Below are positions 1 through 11,204 of a stretch of 64,000 nt of DNA, piece after piece. This DNA is from Nematocida ausubeli (Eukaryota): NCBI RefSeq assembly GCF_000738915.1, contig NW_026515636.1:645175-709174 (forward strand), in the 5' to 3' direction. Position 1 is the first letter of the stretch; each line of letters opens with the position of its first letter. Below the pieces are notes generated by a model. That model was not told where the DNA came from and searched no databases. It worked only from the letters and a program-made list of their open reading frames with translations. Position numbers and translations under genes: made by a program.

Positions 1-1
1 T

Positions 2-541
2 GAGACAGACCAAACAGCAAAAAGACGGAAATTCTTCTTTAGCTCGCATTTGGCTGGGAAGAGTAAGCCTATTATCTCTAGGGCACCAGGTTATCTGATA
101 CGAGATTCTCGTCCATCTATGACTGCATCTAGATCTGGTACTCGTGGATTTAAGGCACCTGAAGTACTCTTTAGAGTTGAGGCACAGACAACAGCCATAG
201 ACATATGGAGTGCAGGAGTGATCCTTCTCTCACTTCTCTGCAAGAAATATCCCTTCTTTACATCAAAGGATGACATAGGCACACTTGTTGAGATAGGCAC
301 TGTCTTTGGGGATGAAGAGATGAGGCAGGCTGCAAAGTTCTACAAACGAGTTTGGAAGAGCAATATAGAAGCATGTATGCACCCGGCAGTTCCCTTTGAG
401 AAGCTTGTTGAGATGGCAATTAAGAAAAAGCCACATTTCCCAAGCTCTGTATTCGACCTACTAGAGAAAATGCTTATGTTAAAGACATCAGAGAGAATAA
501 CTGCAGATGAAGCACTAAGACACAAGTTCTTCAGTGACTAG
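2..541 (+). CDS. CDC7: CDC7-like Ser/Thr kinase, C-terminal part (5' end outside window)
   Basis: Frame open from base 2. Kinase subdomains VIII-XI (SGTRGFKAPEVL, QTTAIDIWSAGVILLSLL, YPFF, RITADEALRHKFF) match the CDC7 pattern GTxGFRAPEVL...QTTxIDIWS. Confidence 0.85.
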   Translation, partial: ETDQTAKRRKFFFSSHLAGKSKPIISRAPGYLIRDSRPSMTASRSGTRGFKAPEVLFRVEAQTTAIDIWSAGVILLSLLCKKYPFFTSKDDIGTLVEIGTVFGDEEMRQAAKFYKRVWKSNIEACMHPAVPFEKLVEMAIKKKPHFPSSVFDLLEKMLMLKTSERITADEALRHKFFSD

Positions 542-624
542 TATGAATTATATCTGACTAAGTCTTAAGTAAGTCTACTGTGCAGTATTAAACTATGCCA
601 GATATCATTAAATAAATACAAGTG

Positions 625-763
625 TTTATTTTGTCCTGTTCTCTACTGTTCTCTACTGTACTCTACTGCACTGTATCCTTTGAGACTGGATTTTTAGCTG
701 CAAATTATTTTGTCCTGTTCTCTACTGTTCTCTACTGTACTCTACTGCATTGTATACTTTGAA
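625..763 (+). repeat. Direct duplication of a ~60-bp unit built of CTCTACTGTT-like 10-mers
   Basis: ttattt(t)tgtcctgttctctactgttctctactgtactctactgca occurs at ~625 and ~705. Confidence 0.9.
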
Positions 764-791
764 TAAACCACAGAAACTCATATATATATAG

Positions 792-1086
792 TGTGGTAAA
801 ATTCCCACTTTCATTATTCTGAAGCCACAAGAGTCCATCAATGATAATTTCACTTTCCAGAAGATTCCTCGTATATCAGAGACTGACTATATAATAGTAA
901 GCTAGTAAGAACAATACTGAAAGGGCGGAATATGTCAACAGTAAGAAATATATCCATCAAGTACACAAAAGGTCACAGTCACCAACTGAAAAAATATGAT
1001 AATAAACCTTCCTGCACAACTACCCCTATTAGAGTCTAAAATACTACTATCTCCAGACTAGCTTGTCTACCCCTTTAGTCACGTCA
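792..1086 (+). mobile_element. Solo LTR, family B (Ty3/Gypsy-related)
   Basis: Starts TGTGGTAAAATTCCCAC and ends CACGTCA, the same termini as the Gypsy LTR at 61735-62050. Homologous to 4066-4290 and 30037-30173. No clear TSD. Confidence 0.75.
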
Positions 1087-1329
1087 ATTCCTAGTATAGA
1101 CTACCTTCTGCTGTATATTTGCTTTAAGTGCTTTTATTCTAGCATGACTATATTATGAATTATAGCCCTAATAATTAAAGAGTTATAGTCTGCAGTACTT
1201 AGACAATATTCTGAAGGAATTGCAGTATAGTAATATATCGATAGATATAACTATCTTACAGATTAGAGTAAATATTTATGTCTAGTGCAACCAGAAACCC
1301 GATATAACCCGAATCCTTTAAAATCTTTA

Positions 1330-2775
1330 TTAATTCGCTTCTGTTTGTGCTGTTGAAATATCTCTTGTTGAAAGTACGCCTTCTATTATACCAGGAAGGC
1401 ATACAAAGTGACCAAATGCAAAGGACTTTCTCCAGATATTTAAAACCTCAAGGGGACTGTATACCATTGGAATCAGGAAGTAGCAGAAGATGAAGATATG
1501 TGCAGCCCATCCACATATCTCTACTAATATTTTAATTCCTGGAATATTTCTTCTCTCTATTGGAATATCTTTAACAAAGCCTAGTAAGAATATTGTTGGA
1601 ACTGAGATGAGTATGGATCCTACGTGCAAAGGGAAAAGCAACAAATGCGCATATGATACAATGGATACCTTAACATGCTCCTTGATACGCATATCCATTA
1701 CATCACTAGCACTTATTTCAGTTTCTTTCGTTTTTTCTGGTTTTGAACTGTCATTTTCCTCTTCTTTCTTTTCGTCTGATGTAAGCATTTTGTTCAGTCT
1801 GTGCATAAACTTTGATCCTTGCATATTCCACATCTCAAAGAGTTCTTGTGCCTTCCAGAATGTCACAAATGGAAGTATTCTGACATTTCTCATATTATTA
1901 ATGAATGCTGCCTGGTAGATGCACTCCTCAGAGACCCATAATGCTGCAATGTAGAATAATTTGTATATGTAGAACCCAGAGAAGTCTACATCCACCTTAA
2001 CTAGCTTCATTGTATGGGCAGCTGCATTCATGATTATTTCATTAACTGCCTGGTACGAGATCAAAAATATAAATGCCTTTAAGCAAGACACTGTAGACCC
2101 AACTATTAGTCTGCTGTATTCTTGCATGACATATTCCTCTTTCCTGTTAGTAATCTTCTTCTGATCCTCTGTGTTTCCTACGATCTTTTTAATTACGGTC
2201 TGGCTCTGAGACTCAACCAAGTAGAAGTACCCAGACTCAAGCCACAGCTGATATGCACTGAAACTCATCACAGGCCCATACCTAATCCCAGGCACAAAGA
2301 ACATATACCCAAGGTACGCCATAAATCCATGTGTTTTTGGCAGATATTCCATGCTTACGTACATATATTTCATGAAGAATCCTGTGAGTGTCAGAATAAC
2401 AAAAGGATTATTCTCTTCCGAGTCCTGCAGGATATACATAACCACTAAATGTACAAGATTTACAGCTATGAATATTTTTGTTCTTAGCTTTTTCTGCTTA
2501 ACCGGCATATAAGATAGAAGCAGATTAAGTGGAATACCTGATAAGGCAACTAGGAAGTTCTGTATTTTATATATTGCTGAAAGGACAATTAACCCACTCA
2601 GAATATTAAATACTTCCCGGATGAAGAACCGGTTTGTAATATGCGGTGTAACCATCCCAAACAGAAAGGCAATCAGCATCCCTGTGACTGCATTTGTCTC
2701 CTGTACTGTCATCTTAGAGAAGCAATGATTCGTTACTTCTGTTATTTTTTCCATAACCCATTTGGATGTAAGCAT
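1330..2775 (-). CDS. MBOAT family membrane-bound O-acyltransferase (lysophospholipid acyltransferase-like)
   Basis: 481-aa multi-TM ORF with YLGYMFFVPGIRYGP, WN (EMWNM) and a candidate catalytic His in LFPLHVG. Confidence 0.7.
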   Translation of the reverse strand: MLTSKWVMEKITEVTNHCFSKMTVQETNAVTGMLIAFLFGMVTPHITNRFFIREVFNILSGLIVLSAIYKIQNFLVALSGIPLNLLLSYMPVKQKKLRTKIFIAVNLVHLVVMYILQDSEENNPFVILTLTGFFMKYMYVSMEYLPKTHGFMAYLGYMFFVPGIRYGPVMSFSAYQLWLESGYFYLVESQSQTVIKKIVGNTEDQKKITNRKEEYVMQEYSRLIVGSTVSCLKAFIFLISYQAVNEIIMNAAAHTMKLVKVDVDFSGFYIYKLFYIAALWVSEECIYQAAFINNMRNVRILPFVTFWKAQELFEMWNMQGSKFMHRLNKMLTSDEKKEEENDSSKPEKTKETEISASDVMDMRIKEHVKVSIVSYAHLLLFPLHVGSILISVPTIFLLGFVKDIPIERRNIPGIKILVEICGWAAHIFIFCYFLIPMVYSPLEVLNIWRKSFAFGHFVCLPGIIEGVLSTRDISTAQTEAN

Positions 2776-2906
2776 GTTGTAGTAAAAATAATTTTTTTTA
2801 TACTTAGTACACTATCAAAGACAGTTTTTGTAATTTGTGCCTATTATGCTGCATTTCTACTATATAGATATATAGAAAGGGTCCTAGTGTAATTGTATGG
2901 TAGTTG

Positions 2907-3211
2907 AATTCGGGTTATATTCGGGTTATATATAGTTTTGTACATGGAAATTGATTAGTGTTTGGTTACATCACAAACAATATTATCACAACAGATCGTA
3001 ATATGACACGTAAACAAGTAGAGCCCCCTTGTAGTGTGTTGGCCTAGCCAAAACCCAGAAGGAAATAACTAACATCAATCTATATTGCTGATCCGGAGAG
3101 AAGGTTTCAATACCCTTGAGGTAAGGAAAACCAACAATGGTTAAAATAGAATATATTTATTTTAGTACTAGATACTCTTTCATATTATGATAACCCGATA
3201 TAACCCGAATT
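2907..3211. repeat. Inverted pair of telomere-like arrays flanking a ~255-bp spacer (MITE-like)
   Basis: AATTCGGGTTATATTCGGGTTAT at 2907 and ATAACCCGATATAACCCGAATT at 3190-3211 are near-perfect reverse complements. Confidence 0.6.
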
Positions 3212-4065
3212 ATGAAGTAATTCTTCTACTACAGAATGAAAAGACACTTCTTATAGTTCTTATTGAAGTAAAATCACATATAATTAGTCTTAGGCCACAG
3301 AATATCATGAATAATAAATTGGATTTCTGGAAGATTCTTTGTCTACTAGGAGTACTAGTACAGAAAGAGTAACAGCACATTGGAAATCAAGTACATGCAT
3401 TCCTGTCCATATTGGTGATCTTAAATTACTTGAATTTCCTTCTAAGAGAGCTAGTGTAATATTACTATATACACTATTAAATGGACCTGTATTTATTTCT
3501 GCTTCATACGGATAGAAAGTGTCTATTTAGTTGGCTTCTTCTTAAGGCAAGGGAAACCAATAATTCTCTTCAAATAATTTCCCTTTATACTATAAAAATA
3601 AAAGAAATCCATATATAAATAATTTGGGTTTTATTTTGTAGGGTTTTATTTCAGAAAAATAGAAGTATACATGAAGAAGTATAAAAATACAGCAGAAATA
3701 AAGACTGTATGAGATAACAGTGTAAAAATCACATATTAAACAGACAAGATACATACTGCATTTAGGTTATAAGAATATTTACAGAATGCATCACTACACA
3801 TTATATACTCCGAATTATATATTACATAAATACAAAGTATCTTGAATAATATACAGAATAATTAGAGATCAGATAATGCCTAATAAAGCACAATTGTATA
3901 AGGTTCTTGTGATTCTTCTGCTTTGATTGTATAATGCACAAGATTCTTCTATGTAACTGGTTTTCCACAATAAAACCATGATAATTTCAGCCTGCAACTG
4001 ATTTATTTTCAGATGTATGAAACTACCATAATATCCTATTAATAAACCTGCAGATATAGTATAGT

Positions 4066-4290
4066 TGTGGTAAAATTCCCACTTTCATTAACTCTGTAGC
4101 CAAAGTGCATCAGAAACTGACTATAAAATAGTAAGAAAAATTCAGAAGAGGTGGAAGATGTCAACAGTAAGAAATACATCCAATAAAAATACAAAAGATG
4201 ACAGTCACCAACCGAAAAAATATGATAATAAACCTTTCCTAACAACTACTCCTATTAGAGTCTAAAATACTACTATCTCCAGACTAGCTT
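4066..4290 (+). mobile_element. Degraded solo LTR, family B
   Basis: TGTGGTAAAATTCCCACTTTCATTA ... CCTATTAGAGTCTAAAATACTACTATCTCCAGACTAGCTT is shared with 792-1086. Internal deletion and missing 3' end. Confidence 0.75.
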
Positions 4291-4582
4291 CTATCCCAAG
4301 ATATCCTAAATATCTAATATTATTACACTCATATACTACAGTCAGAAACATCACACCAAGAAAACTAAAAAGTACTATAGACAGATGCTTTATTAAACAA
4401 ATAGTCATATTCACAGATATTAAAAATAAATCTATATAATAAACTCCTTCATATATATATAAATACACTTCTATACAGTGTATTATACAGACTGTATTTC
4501 TTCTATAAGTCATTCTTATTTTTTTAGGATTTCTTGTCTATTCCCCAGAATATGGAAATATTCACAAAAATTTTAATTCAGA

Positions 4583-6217
4583 ATGTCATTGGAAATAACG
4601 TGTGGAAAGAGTTCATCTGCCGGGCTGCATGCTGCCTGTGCAGAGATTGTTTCAATCATAAAGAAAGACACAGAGAACAAAATAAAACTAAAAGACATTA
4701 TACAAAAGATGGCGAAAAAGCACGGTCTCAAAGACACACCAAAACTCTCCCAAATACTTTCTACTGTCTCAGAGGAAGACACAGCAGTTATTTCCAGACT
4801 AAAAGTAAAACCTGTAAGAACTGCCTCTGGAGTGGCTGTAGTGGCAGTAATGGCAAAGCCCCATAGATGCCCACATATTGCCATCACAGGAAACATATGC
4901 GTATACTGCCCAGGTGGCCCAGACTCAGACTTTGAATACAGCACGCAGTCGTATACTGGGTACGAACCAACCAGCATGAGAGCCATTAGAGGCAGATACG
5001 ATCCATACAGACAGAGCACAGACAGACTCAATCAACTAGCACTCCTAGGGCACAGTGTAGACAAAGTAGAATATATTATAATGGGTGGTACATTCATGTC
5101 TCTTGATAAAGACTATAGAAGCTGGTTTATAATGAAGTTGCATGATGCCCTTACAAGAAGGGAGTCGTATACACTGGAGGAATCTATCTTTTTCAGTGAA
5201 AGAAGCACAAGAAAGTGCGTAGGAATAACGATAGAAACAAGACCAGATTTCTGTATGGAGAGACACCTTAATGATCTTCTATCATACGGGTGTACTCGGC
5301 TAGAGATAGGAGTACAAAGTGTATTCGAGGATATTGCAGTAGATACAAATAGAGGACACTCTGTAAGAGATGTATGTGAATCATTTAAACTCACAAAAGA
5401 TACAGGTTATAAGATAGTCACACACATGATGCCAAATCTACCGAATGTAGACATGGAGAGGGACATTCTTCAATTCTATGAATTCTTTTCAAACCCAAGA
5501 TTTAGAACAGATGGACTAAAAATATATCCAACATTAGTCATACGGGGAACAGGACTGTACGAGCTTTGGAAGAATGGAAAATACACAAACTACTCACCAA
5601 ATGAACTGATTGACCTACTTGGCCATATATTTATAATGGTACCCCCTTGGATACGAATATACAGAGTACAAAGGGATATTCCAATGACTCTTGTAAGCTC
5701 AGGGGTAGAACATGGGAATATCCGGGAAATAGTACTTTCAAGACTGAAGGAACAAGGATTATCCTGCCGAGATATCAGAACCAGAGAGGTAGGAATTAAT
5801 AATATACATACAAATGAATTACCAGAGAAAGTAGAACTAGTACGCAGAGACTATGTGGCAAGTGATGGATGGGAGACATTCCTTTCCTACGAGGACACAT
5901 CAAAGGATATTCTTGTTGGTTTGCTGCGCCTGAGAAAGTGCGGGCCATCTACCTTCAGGAAAGAACTTCTTGGGAATGTCTCCATAGTCAGAGAGTTGCA
6001 TGTATATGGGAGTGTGGTGCCAGTTAAGGGAAAAGACTTCTCAAAGTTCCAGCACCAAGGATATGGTAGAATGCTAGTAGAAGAGGCAGAGAGAATTGCA
6101 AGAGAAGAGCACGGATCTACAAAGCTAGCAATTATCTCTGGTATAGGAACCAGAAATTACTACAGGAAGCTAGGATATGAAATAGATGGAGTATATATGT
6201 CAAAGGACCTGGAGTAA
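4583..6217 (+). CDS. ELP3: Elongator complex protein 3 (radical SAM + GNAT)
   Basis: [62 protein letters not shown]. Confidence 0.98.
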   Translation: MSLEITCGKSSSAGLHAACAEIVSIIKKDTENKIKLKDIIQKMAKKHGLKDTPKLSQILSTVSEEDTAVISRLKVKPVRTASGVAVVAVMAKPHRCPHIAITGNICVYCPGGPDSDFEYSTQSYTGYEPTSMRAIRGRYDPYRQSTDRLNQLALLGHSVDKVEYIIMGGTFMSLDKDYRSWFIMKLHDALTRRESYTLEESIFFSERSTRKCVGITIETRPDFCMERHLNDLLSYGCTRLEIGVQSVFEDIAVDTNRGHSVRDVCESFKLTKDTGYKIVTHMMPNLPNVDMERDILQFYEFFSNPRFRTDGLKIYPTLVIRGTGLYELWKNGKYTNYSPNELIDLLGHIFIMVPPWIRIYRVQRDIPMTLVSSGVEHGNIREIVLSRLKEQGLSCRDIRTREVGINNIHTNELPEKVELVRRDYVASDGWETFLSYEDTSKDILVGLLRLRKCGPSTFRKELLGNVSIVRELHVYGSVVPVKGKDFSKFQHQGYGRMLVEEAERIAREEHGSTKLAIISGIGTRNYYRKLGYEIDGVYMSKDLE

Positions 6218-7014
6218 TTCTACTACAATAAATTTATAAGAAATATACAGAACTAACAAGAAATGCATAGAATACAAGAAGTCTAGACAGATGGGTATAT
6301 TACCGTACTATATGGTAAATATATTAGATATATTTCAAATGAGATATAACTGAAATTATTATTCATAGAAGCACTGTCATAAAGGACTTCAAATAGAACA
6401 GATTCTTACAAATTCAGTTGTCTTTTAGTGAATATTTTAAAAGACTATTTTAGATTTCAGGCATGAATAACAGTCTACTGAATATAGTATAACTGTTAAT
6501 TTATGTACACTATGTGAGATAGAAGCTTCTGCTACTTTTTCAGTAAAGAATATTTTCTCTACTGCAAGGATCCTATAATAAAGTAATTATAATGAAAGAA
6601 TTCTCATAAACTGGTAATTCTATCTGGTATAAGCAATATATAACCTAAAGCACAGAGTTGTCAGTTAAGACAAACTCATACAAAGGCCATAATCAAAAGT
6701 ATTTTTATAAGGGAAAAAGATCTTCACCTAGCAAGATTCTGTTTATATTAGGTTAATATATTCTGGCTGTGCTGGCTTCATCTATTAATACAATATACAT
6801 ACACAAAGGAACTTACGTTTGTTTCAGTTTTTCTTAACTTAAATAATTCTTAGGAAAATTAGCTTATTCCTTTAATAAAGAGCTACTACACAATACTCTA
6901 GAATGTATTTGTGGATATGCAGATGTGAAAGTACCATATACAGATCACTTTGGTCTCAGTGAAAGGATTTGACAGCAGTGCTGACTATTTTTATCTTTTT
7001 GTTTTTGCAGTGGC

Positions 7015-7347
7015 ATGTGGAACAAATGGCTTGATAATGTATTGAAAATAGTGCCAATATCAAACCTGTTATATTTAATGAGTTCAGATAGAAAGCAGAC
7101 AAAAACACTAAAGAACATGCAGATTAGACATGAAAGTGCAATGAGTTCAATGCTAGCAGTAAGTACCATAACTGCTCAGAAACGAAAGACTATTTTCGAT
7201 AGGAATTCTTTACTACTAGACCAAAAGTACAGTCCAGTAGAAGAAATTAAAGAAATAGGAGAAGATAAGACAGAAACTCCTTTAGTCAAAGAGTTAAAGA
7301 AAGCCTTTCAGAAATCCGAGAATCCAGTTACTGGAAAAACCGCATAA
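7015..7347 (+). CDS. Hypothetical protein (110 aa)
   Basis: ATG ORF with a TGCA-containing upstream context and host-like codon usage. No recognisable domain. Confidence 0.5.
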   Translation: MWNKWLDNVLKIVPISNLLYLMSSDRKQTKTLKNMQIRHESAMSSMLAVSTITAQKRKTIFDRNSLLLDQKYSPVEEIKEIGEDKTETPLVKELKKAFQKSENPVTGKTA

Positions 7348-7991
7348 AGAAAATATTTTGAATGAAAGTAGAGAACTCGTTAAATAAAGAAATAAGGAGA
7401 ACAACCTAGCAGTCTTGCAGAGTTATAAAGGCCCCAGTATAGTCAGATTTAAATATGATATATCTTGGTGCAGTAGGTCTGTCTTATATAACGCACTGAA
7501 TAGTTTGTTCTGTCGTAGGATATTTAATTTTGAAGGTACTATAGTGGTAGTGTGGTAGTATACTATTGGAAATAGTAGAATGGTCTATTTCCTGTGAGAA
7601 TTTAAATGTGCCAGTACCCAGGCAGACAAGAATAATAAATTAGCGCAAGAGAGAATCCTCAGTGCAGTTACCCGACCTTCTGTGCCCTTCAATGCACATA
7701 CTTCTACGGAGGCAGTTCTATCTTACGCAAAAAATGCACAGTAAAGCTCTTTGATCCGATCCACTCCAGAGATACAGCTGTATCTGGCAGAAATGCCTTT
7801 CTACCGTATATCTGAATATGTGCGTGCCAGGCTGCTTCCAATATGCAGGATATTAAGAAACAACCGGTGTGCACAGCGTGCGCCTGGTGCAGGCTGTCTC
7901 CATGATAGTTGTAAATAAGTTAATTTTGTTTATTGCGTTATATGTAACGCTAGATGCGAAATATTAGAGTGCCTGCCGCATAGTGGGCTTA

Positions 7992-9545
7992 TTATCGTCT
8001 TCCACCTGTTCTTCCTCTGCTGTTTCCTCCTCCAAATCTGCTGCTACTTCCCCCAAATCTGTTTCCGCCTCCGAACCTGCTGTTTCCGCCGTAGCTGTCT
8101 CCGCCTCTTGAGGCAAGGGCAGCCAGGTCTTGTGGTACTTCCTGGTTGGAGTCCTTTAGGATCTCTACGTATTTTCTAGCATTTGATCTGTCGTCCTTAG
8201 GAGAGAAGAAAGTAAGTGCAAGACCTTCCTCTGAATTTCCTCTAGCTGTTCTTCCTATTCTGTGGATGTAATCTTCACAGTTAGTTGGGAAGTCGTAGTT
8301 AATGACTGCCTTTACGTCCTTGACATCAAGTCCTCTGGCAGCTACATCTGTTGCTACAAGGATGCTTCTCTTTCCTGACTTGAAGTCCTGGATGATTCTG
8401 TCTCTCTGGTTCTGTGGTTTGTCTCCATGGAGTGCCTCTGCTGGCCATCCGTACTCCTGCATCTTCTCAACCAAGTCATCGCATCTTCTCTTCTGGTTGC
8501 AGAATATGATGATCTTTGGGTTCAGTTTCTCATCTCCTGCTACGTCTGCCAGAACATCAGAGAGCATCTTGTCCTTCTCCCAGTGGTCTACAATGAATGT
8601 CTTCTGTGTGATCTTTACGTTAGCTACAAGCTCTGCTGATCCAATCTTAATCTGGATGTAGTCCTTCATGTAGTTTCTAGCAAGAGACCGCACCTCCTTT
8701 GGCCATGTGGCAGACCACATGAGAGTCTGTTTGTTTGGGTTTGTCTCTGGGATGATCTTCTTGAGCTGTGGCTCGAATCCCATATCAAGCATTCTGTCAG
8801 CCTCATCAAGAACCAGGAAGGATACTCTGCTCATGAAAACAGCCTTCTGCTCGTACAGGTCGATAAGTCTTCCTGGGGTTGCAATGAGTATTTCAGCACC
8901 TCTTCTGATGGCTCCCTTCTGTGGGCCTGCTGGTGCTCCTCCAAAGACGGCTACTGTTCTAAGACCGAAGTACTTGGCGTACTTGCATGCTTCTTCCTCA
9001 ATCTGTGAGACAAGCTCTCTTGTTGGGGCAAGCACAAGCACAATGGGTCCATCTCCCTGCCTGAGTGGCTTTTGTGCCTTTGCGTGTATTAAGGCTGGAA
9101 GAATGAATGAAAGTGTCTTTCCAGATCCAGTGTTTGCTACTCCCACCATATCTCTTCCACTGAGTGCTAATGGCCATCCCTGTGCTTGGATGGGTGTTGG
9201 CTCACTGTAGCCTGCGCTCTTGAATGCTGCCATTACGCTGGCTGGGAATCCAAAGTACTCAAACTTTGTGCATGGCTTAGGGACACCTTCTCCTGTAATG
9301 GTTATGTCAAACTTGTTTCTTAGTTCTTCAACCTCCTGGTTAGTCATCTTTTCCTGCTCGCTGTGCTCTGTGTAGAACTCCTTTTCAAACTCAACTGGGC
9401 CATTGTCCTGCATTGAGTCTCCAAATCCTGCTCTGCGGGCACCCCCAAATCTTGAGTTCTCTTTTCTGTCACCAGAAGAGAAGTCTCCTCTTCTTTTTGT
9501 TTCTCCTTCATAATTGTTGCTTCCTCTGTAACTGTTATATGCCAT
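7992..9545 (-). CDS. DBP2: ATP-dependent DEAD-box RNA helicase DBP2/p68
   Basis: PTPIQAQGWPLALSGRDMVG, GDGPIVLVLAPTREL, DEAD, MWSATWPKEV, HRIGRT and a Gly/Arg-rich tail. Confidence 0.96.
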   Translation of the reverse strand: MAYNSYRGSNNYEGETKRRGDFSSGDRKENSRFGGARRAGFGDSMQDNGPVEFEKEFYTEHSEQEKMTNQEVEELRNKFDITITGEGVPKPCTKFEYFGFPASVMAAFKSAGYSEPTPIQAQGWPLALSGRDMVGVANTGSGKTLSFILPALIHAKAQKPLRQGDGPIVLVLAPTRELVSQIEEEACKYAKYFGLRTVAVFGGAPAGPQKGAIRRGAEILIATPGRLIDLYEQKAVFMSRVSFLVLDEADRMLDMGFEPQLKKIIPETNPNKQTLMWSATWPKEVRSLARNYMKDYIQIKIGSAELVANVKITQKTFIVDHWEKDKMLSDVLADVAGDEKLNPKIIIFCNQKRRCDDLVEKMQEYGWPAEALHGDKPQNQRDRIIQDFKSGKRSILVATDVAARGLDVKDVKAVINYDFPTNCEDYIHRIGRTARGNSEEGLALTFFSPKDDRSNARKYVEILKDSNQEVPQDLAALASRGGDSYGGNSRFGGGNRFGGSSSRFGGGNSRGRTGGRR

Positions 9546-10844
9546 TGTGCAAGGATAAAAAATTTTTTCTTTTATAGTTTGAAAAATAAAATATTTTCTG
9601 TTTCCATGGCAGTTTTATTTTGGCTTAATTAATTTGGCAAAATTATCTATACAGTTGCTTGAAATATTTGGCAGAAAATTCGTTGCCTTTTCAAAATCTG
9701 CTCTTTAGGAAAGACCAATCAGAAAGGTCCATAAGTCTATGCATAGTAGTATATGCTGTATAATCATTACTAAGTAGTCTTGTATACTGAAATGAATGCA
9801 TATATTTAGTTTAGTCTCTGTGATATACTAAGGCTTAGTCTACTAGTATATCTGGCAGCATATGATATAATTCAAACAAGAATATTCTGAGTGACTATTA
9901 ATGAAGAAGTCTTTTTGTAGTACTTTTTTAGTCCTTTTTTAGTCCTTTTACAGTGGTTTTCAGATATATTTAACTATATATTTAATAAAGTATTCTATGC
10001 CATTTATGATATGCATTAGTAATTGACTCTGATGCACCTGGGGAGTAATCCATTCATAATATAACCGAAATTGTTAAAATCTTCTGAAAATTCCATATTT
10101 AAATATATGTGAGTAGAGAGTGCTAGTGAAGTAGTAGTAAAGTATAAATAAAATCTCTACATATTCTATTATACTTTATTTTTGGCAGATTCAAAGTATT
10201 CTATTCACTATTATTTCTGTGCAATTAAATTTGGTCTGATTAAGTGAGACCTATATAGACCTATCTCTTAGTTTTCTTTAATTCTTTATAGCTTTATTAT
10301 TAATGAAATTTCTTTATAAATATTTTTAGTTATTAGTATAAGAATAAGAATATATTTATATGGATATACTGCATACTAAGTGGGTTAATGGAAGACATTA
10401 GCTATATTCACAGTGAATTAATACAAATATAGTCTATTTTATGCAAAAATATCTAGTTGTATTTCAGTGGGATAAATATTCAATAGACTGATTCTTTCAT
10501 GTGCTGGGTTATTTAGTCTATTTTAAATGGATATCTCTTTGTGTTTATTATTCTTGCTATATTACTTCTTTATTTTAAATTCCTTCAATTTTTATTGATA
10601 CTTGAATAAGGCTTCAGAGTAGAAGAATTTACATAGAATTAGAAAGAGTTAAAAAGTAAAGTAAATAGAAGGAATATATGGTATATACAGCACAGAAGAG
10701 ATATTTTATAATAGATTGAAAATATACTTTATTTATATGTTAAGTTGCAGTAGTAAGAAAGTACCAGAAAATAGTAATATTACTAGAGTCAATCTAATTC
10801 TAGTTATATTTGCATCTCATGCACTTTATTCATGTACATTCATT

Positions 10845-10912
10845 ATATAACCCGATATAACCCGGTATAACCCGAATATACCGATATAACCCGAATAACC
10901 CGATATAACTCA
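10845..10912 (+). repeat. Telomere-like array (ATATAACCCG)x~7, irregular
   Basis: atataacccg atataacccg gtataacccg aatataccg atataacccg aataacccg atataactc. Confidence 0.95.
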
Positions 10913-11204
10913 AATACACTTGTACATTGTAATTTCAATAATTAATTCTTCTGGTGTTATGGAGTGAAGACAAAACCATAGAATTAATAACCAGAAGATA
11001 AATATACACTAGAATATACGTATAAGCACAAGAGATGTACTCTAACTAAGTACAATATAAAGTACAATTTAATATTTATGAATACATGCACTAATGAAAA
11101 CACAGAAAATATAAACAAACAGATGCACAACAAAGGAATTGTTTAATCATATATAGCCCATATAAGTACATAAGGCATAATGTTTGTTTTTATAGAATCC
11201 AGTG

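Noticed and set aside
4039..4513. Short hydrophobic minus-strand ORFs
   Set aside because: Overlap an LTR remnant and AT-rich spacer; compositional artefacts.
7790..7810. GCCTTTCTAC resembling U5 snRNA loop 1
   Set aside because: Imperfect match to GCCTTTTAC, with no convincing closing stem or Sm site.
10845..10912. Repeat arrays as CRISPR
   Set aside because: No unique spacers, no cas genes, eukaryotic context.
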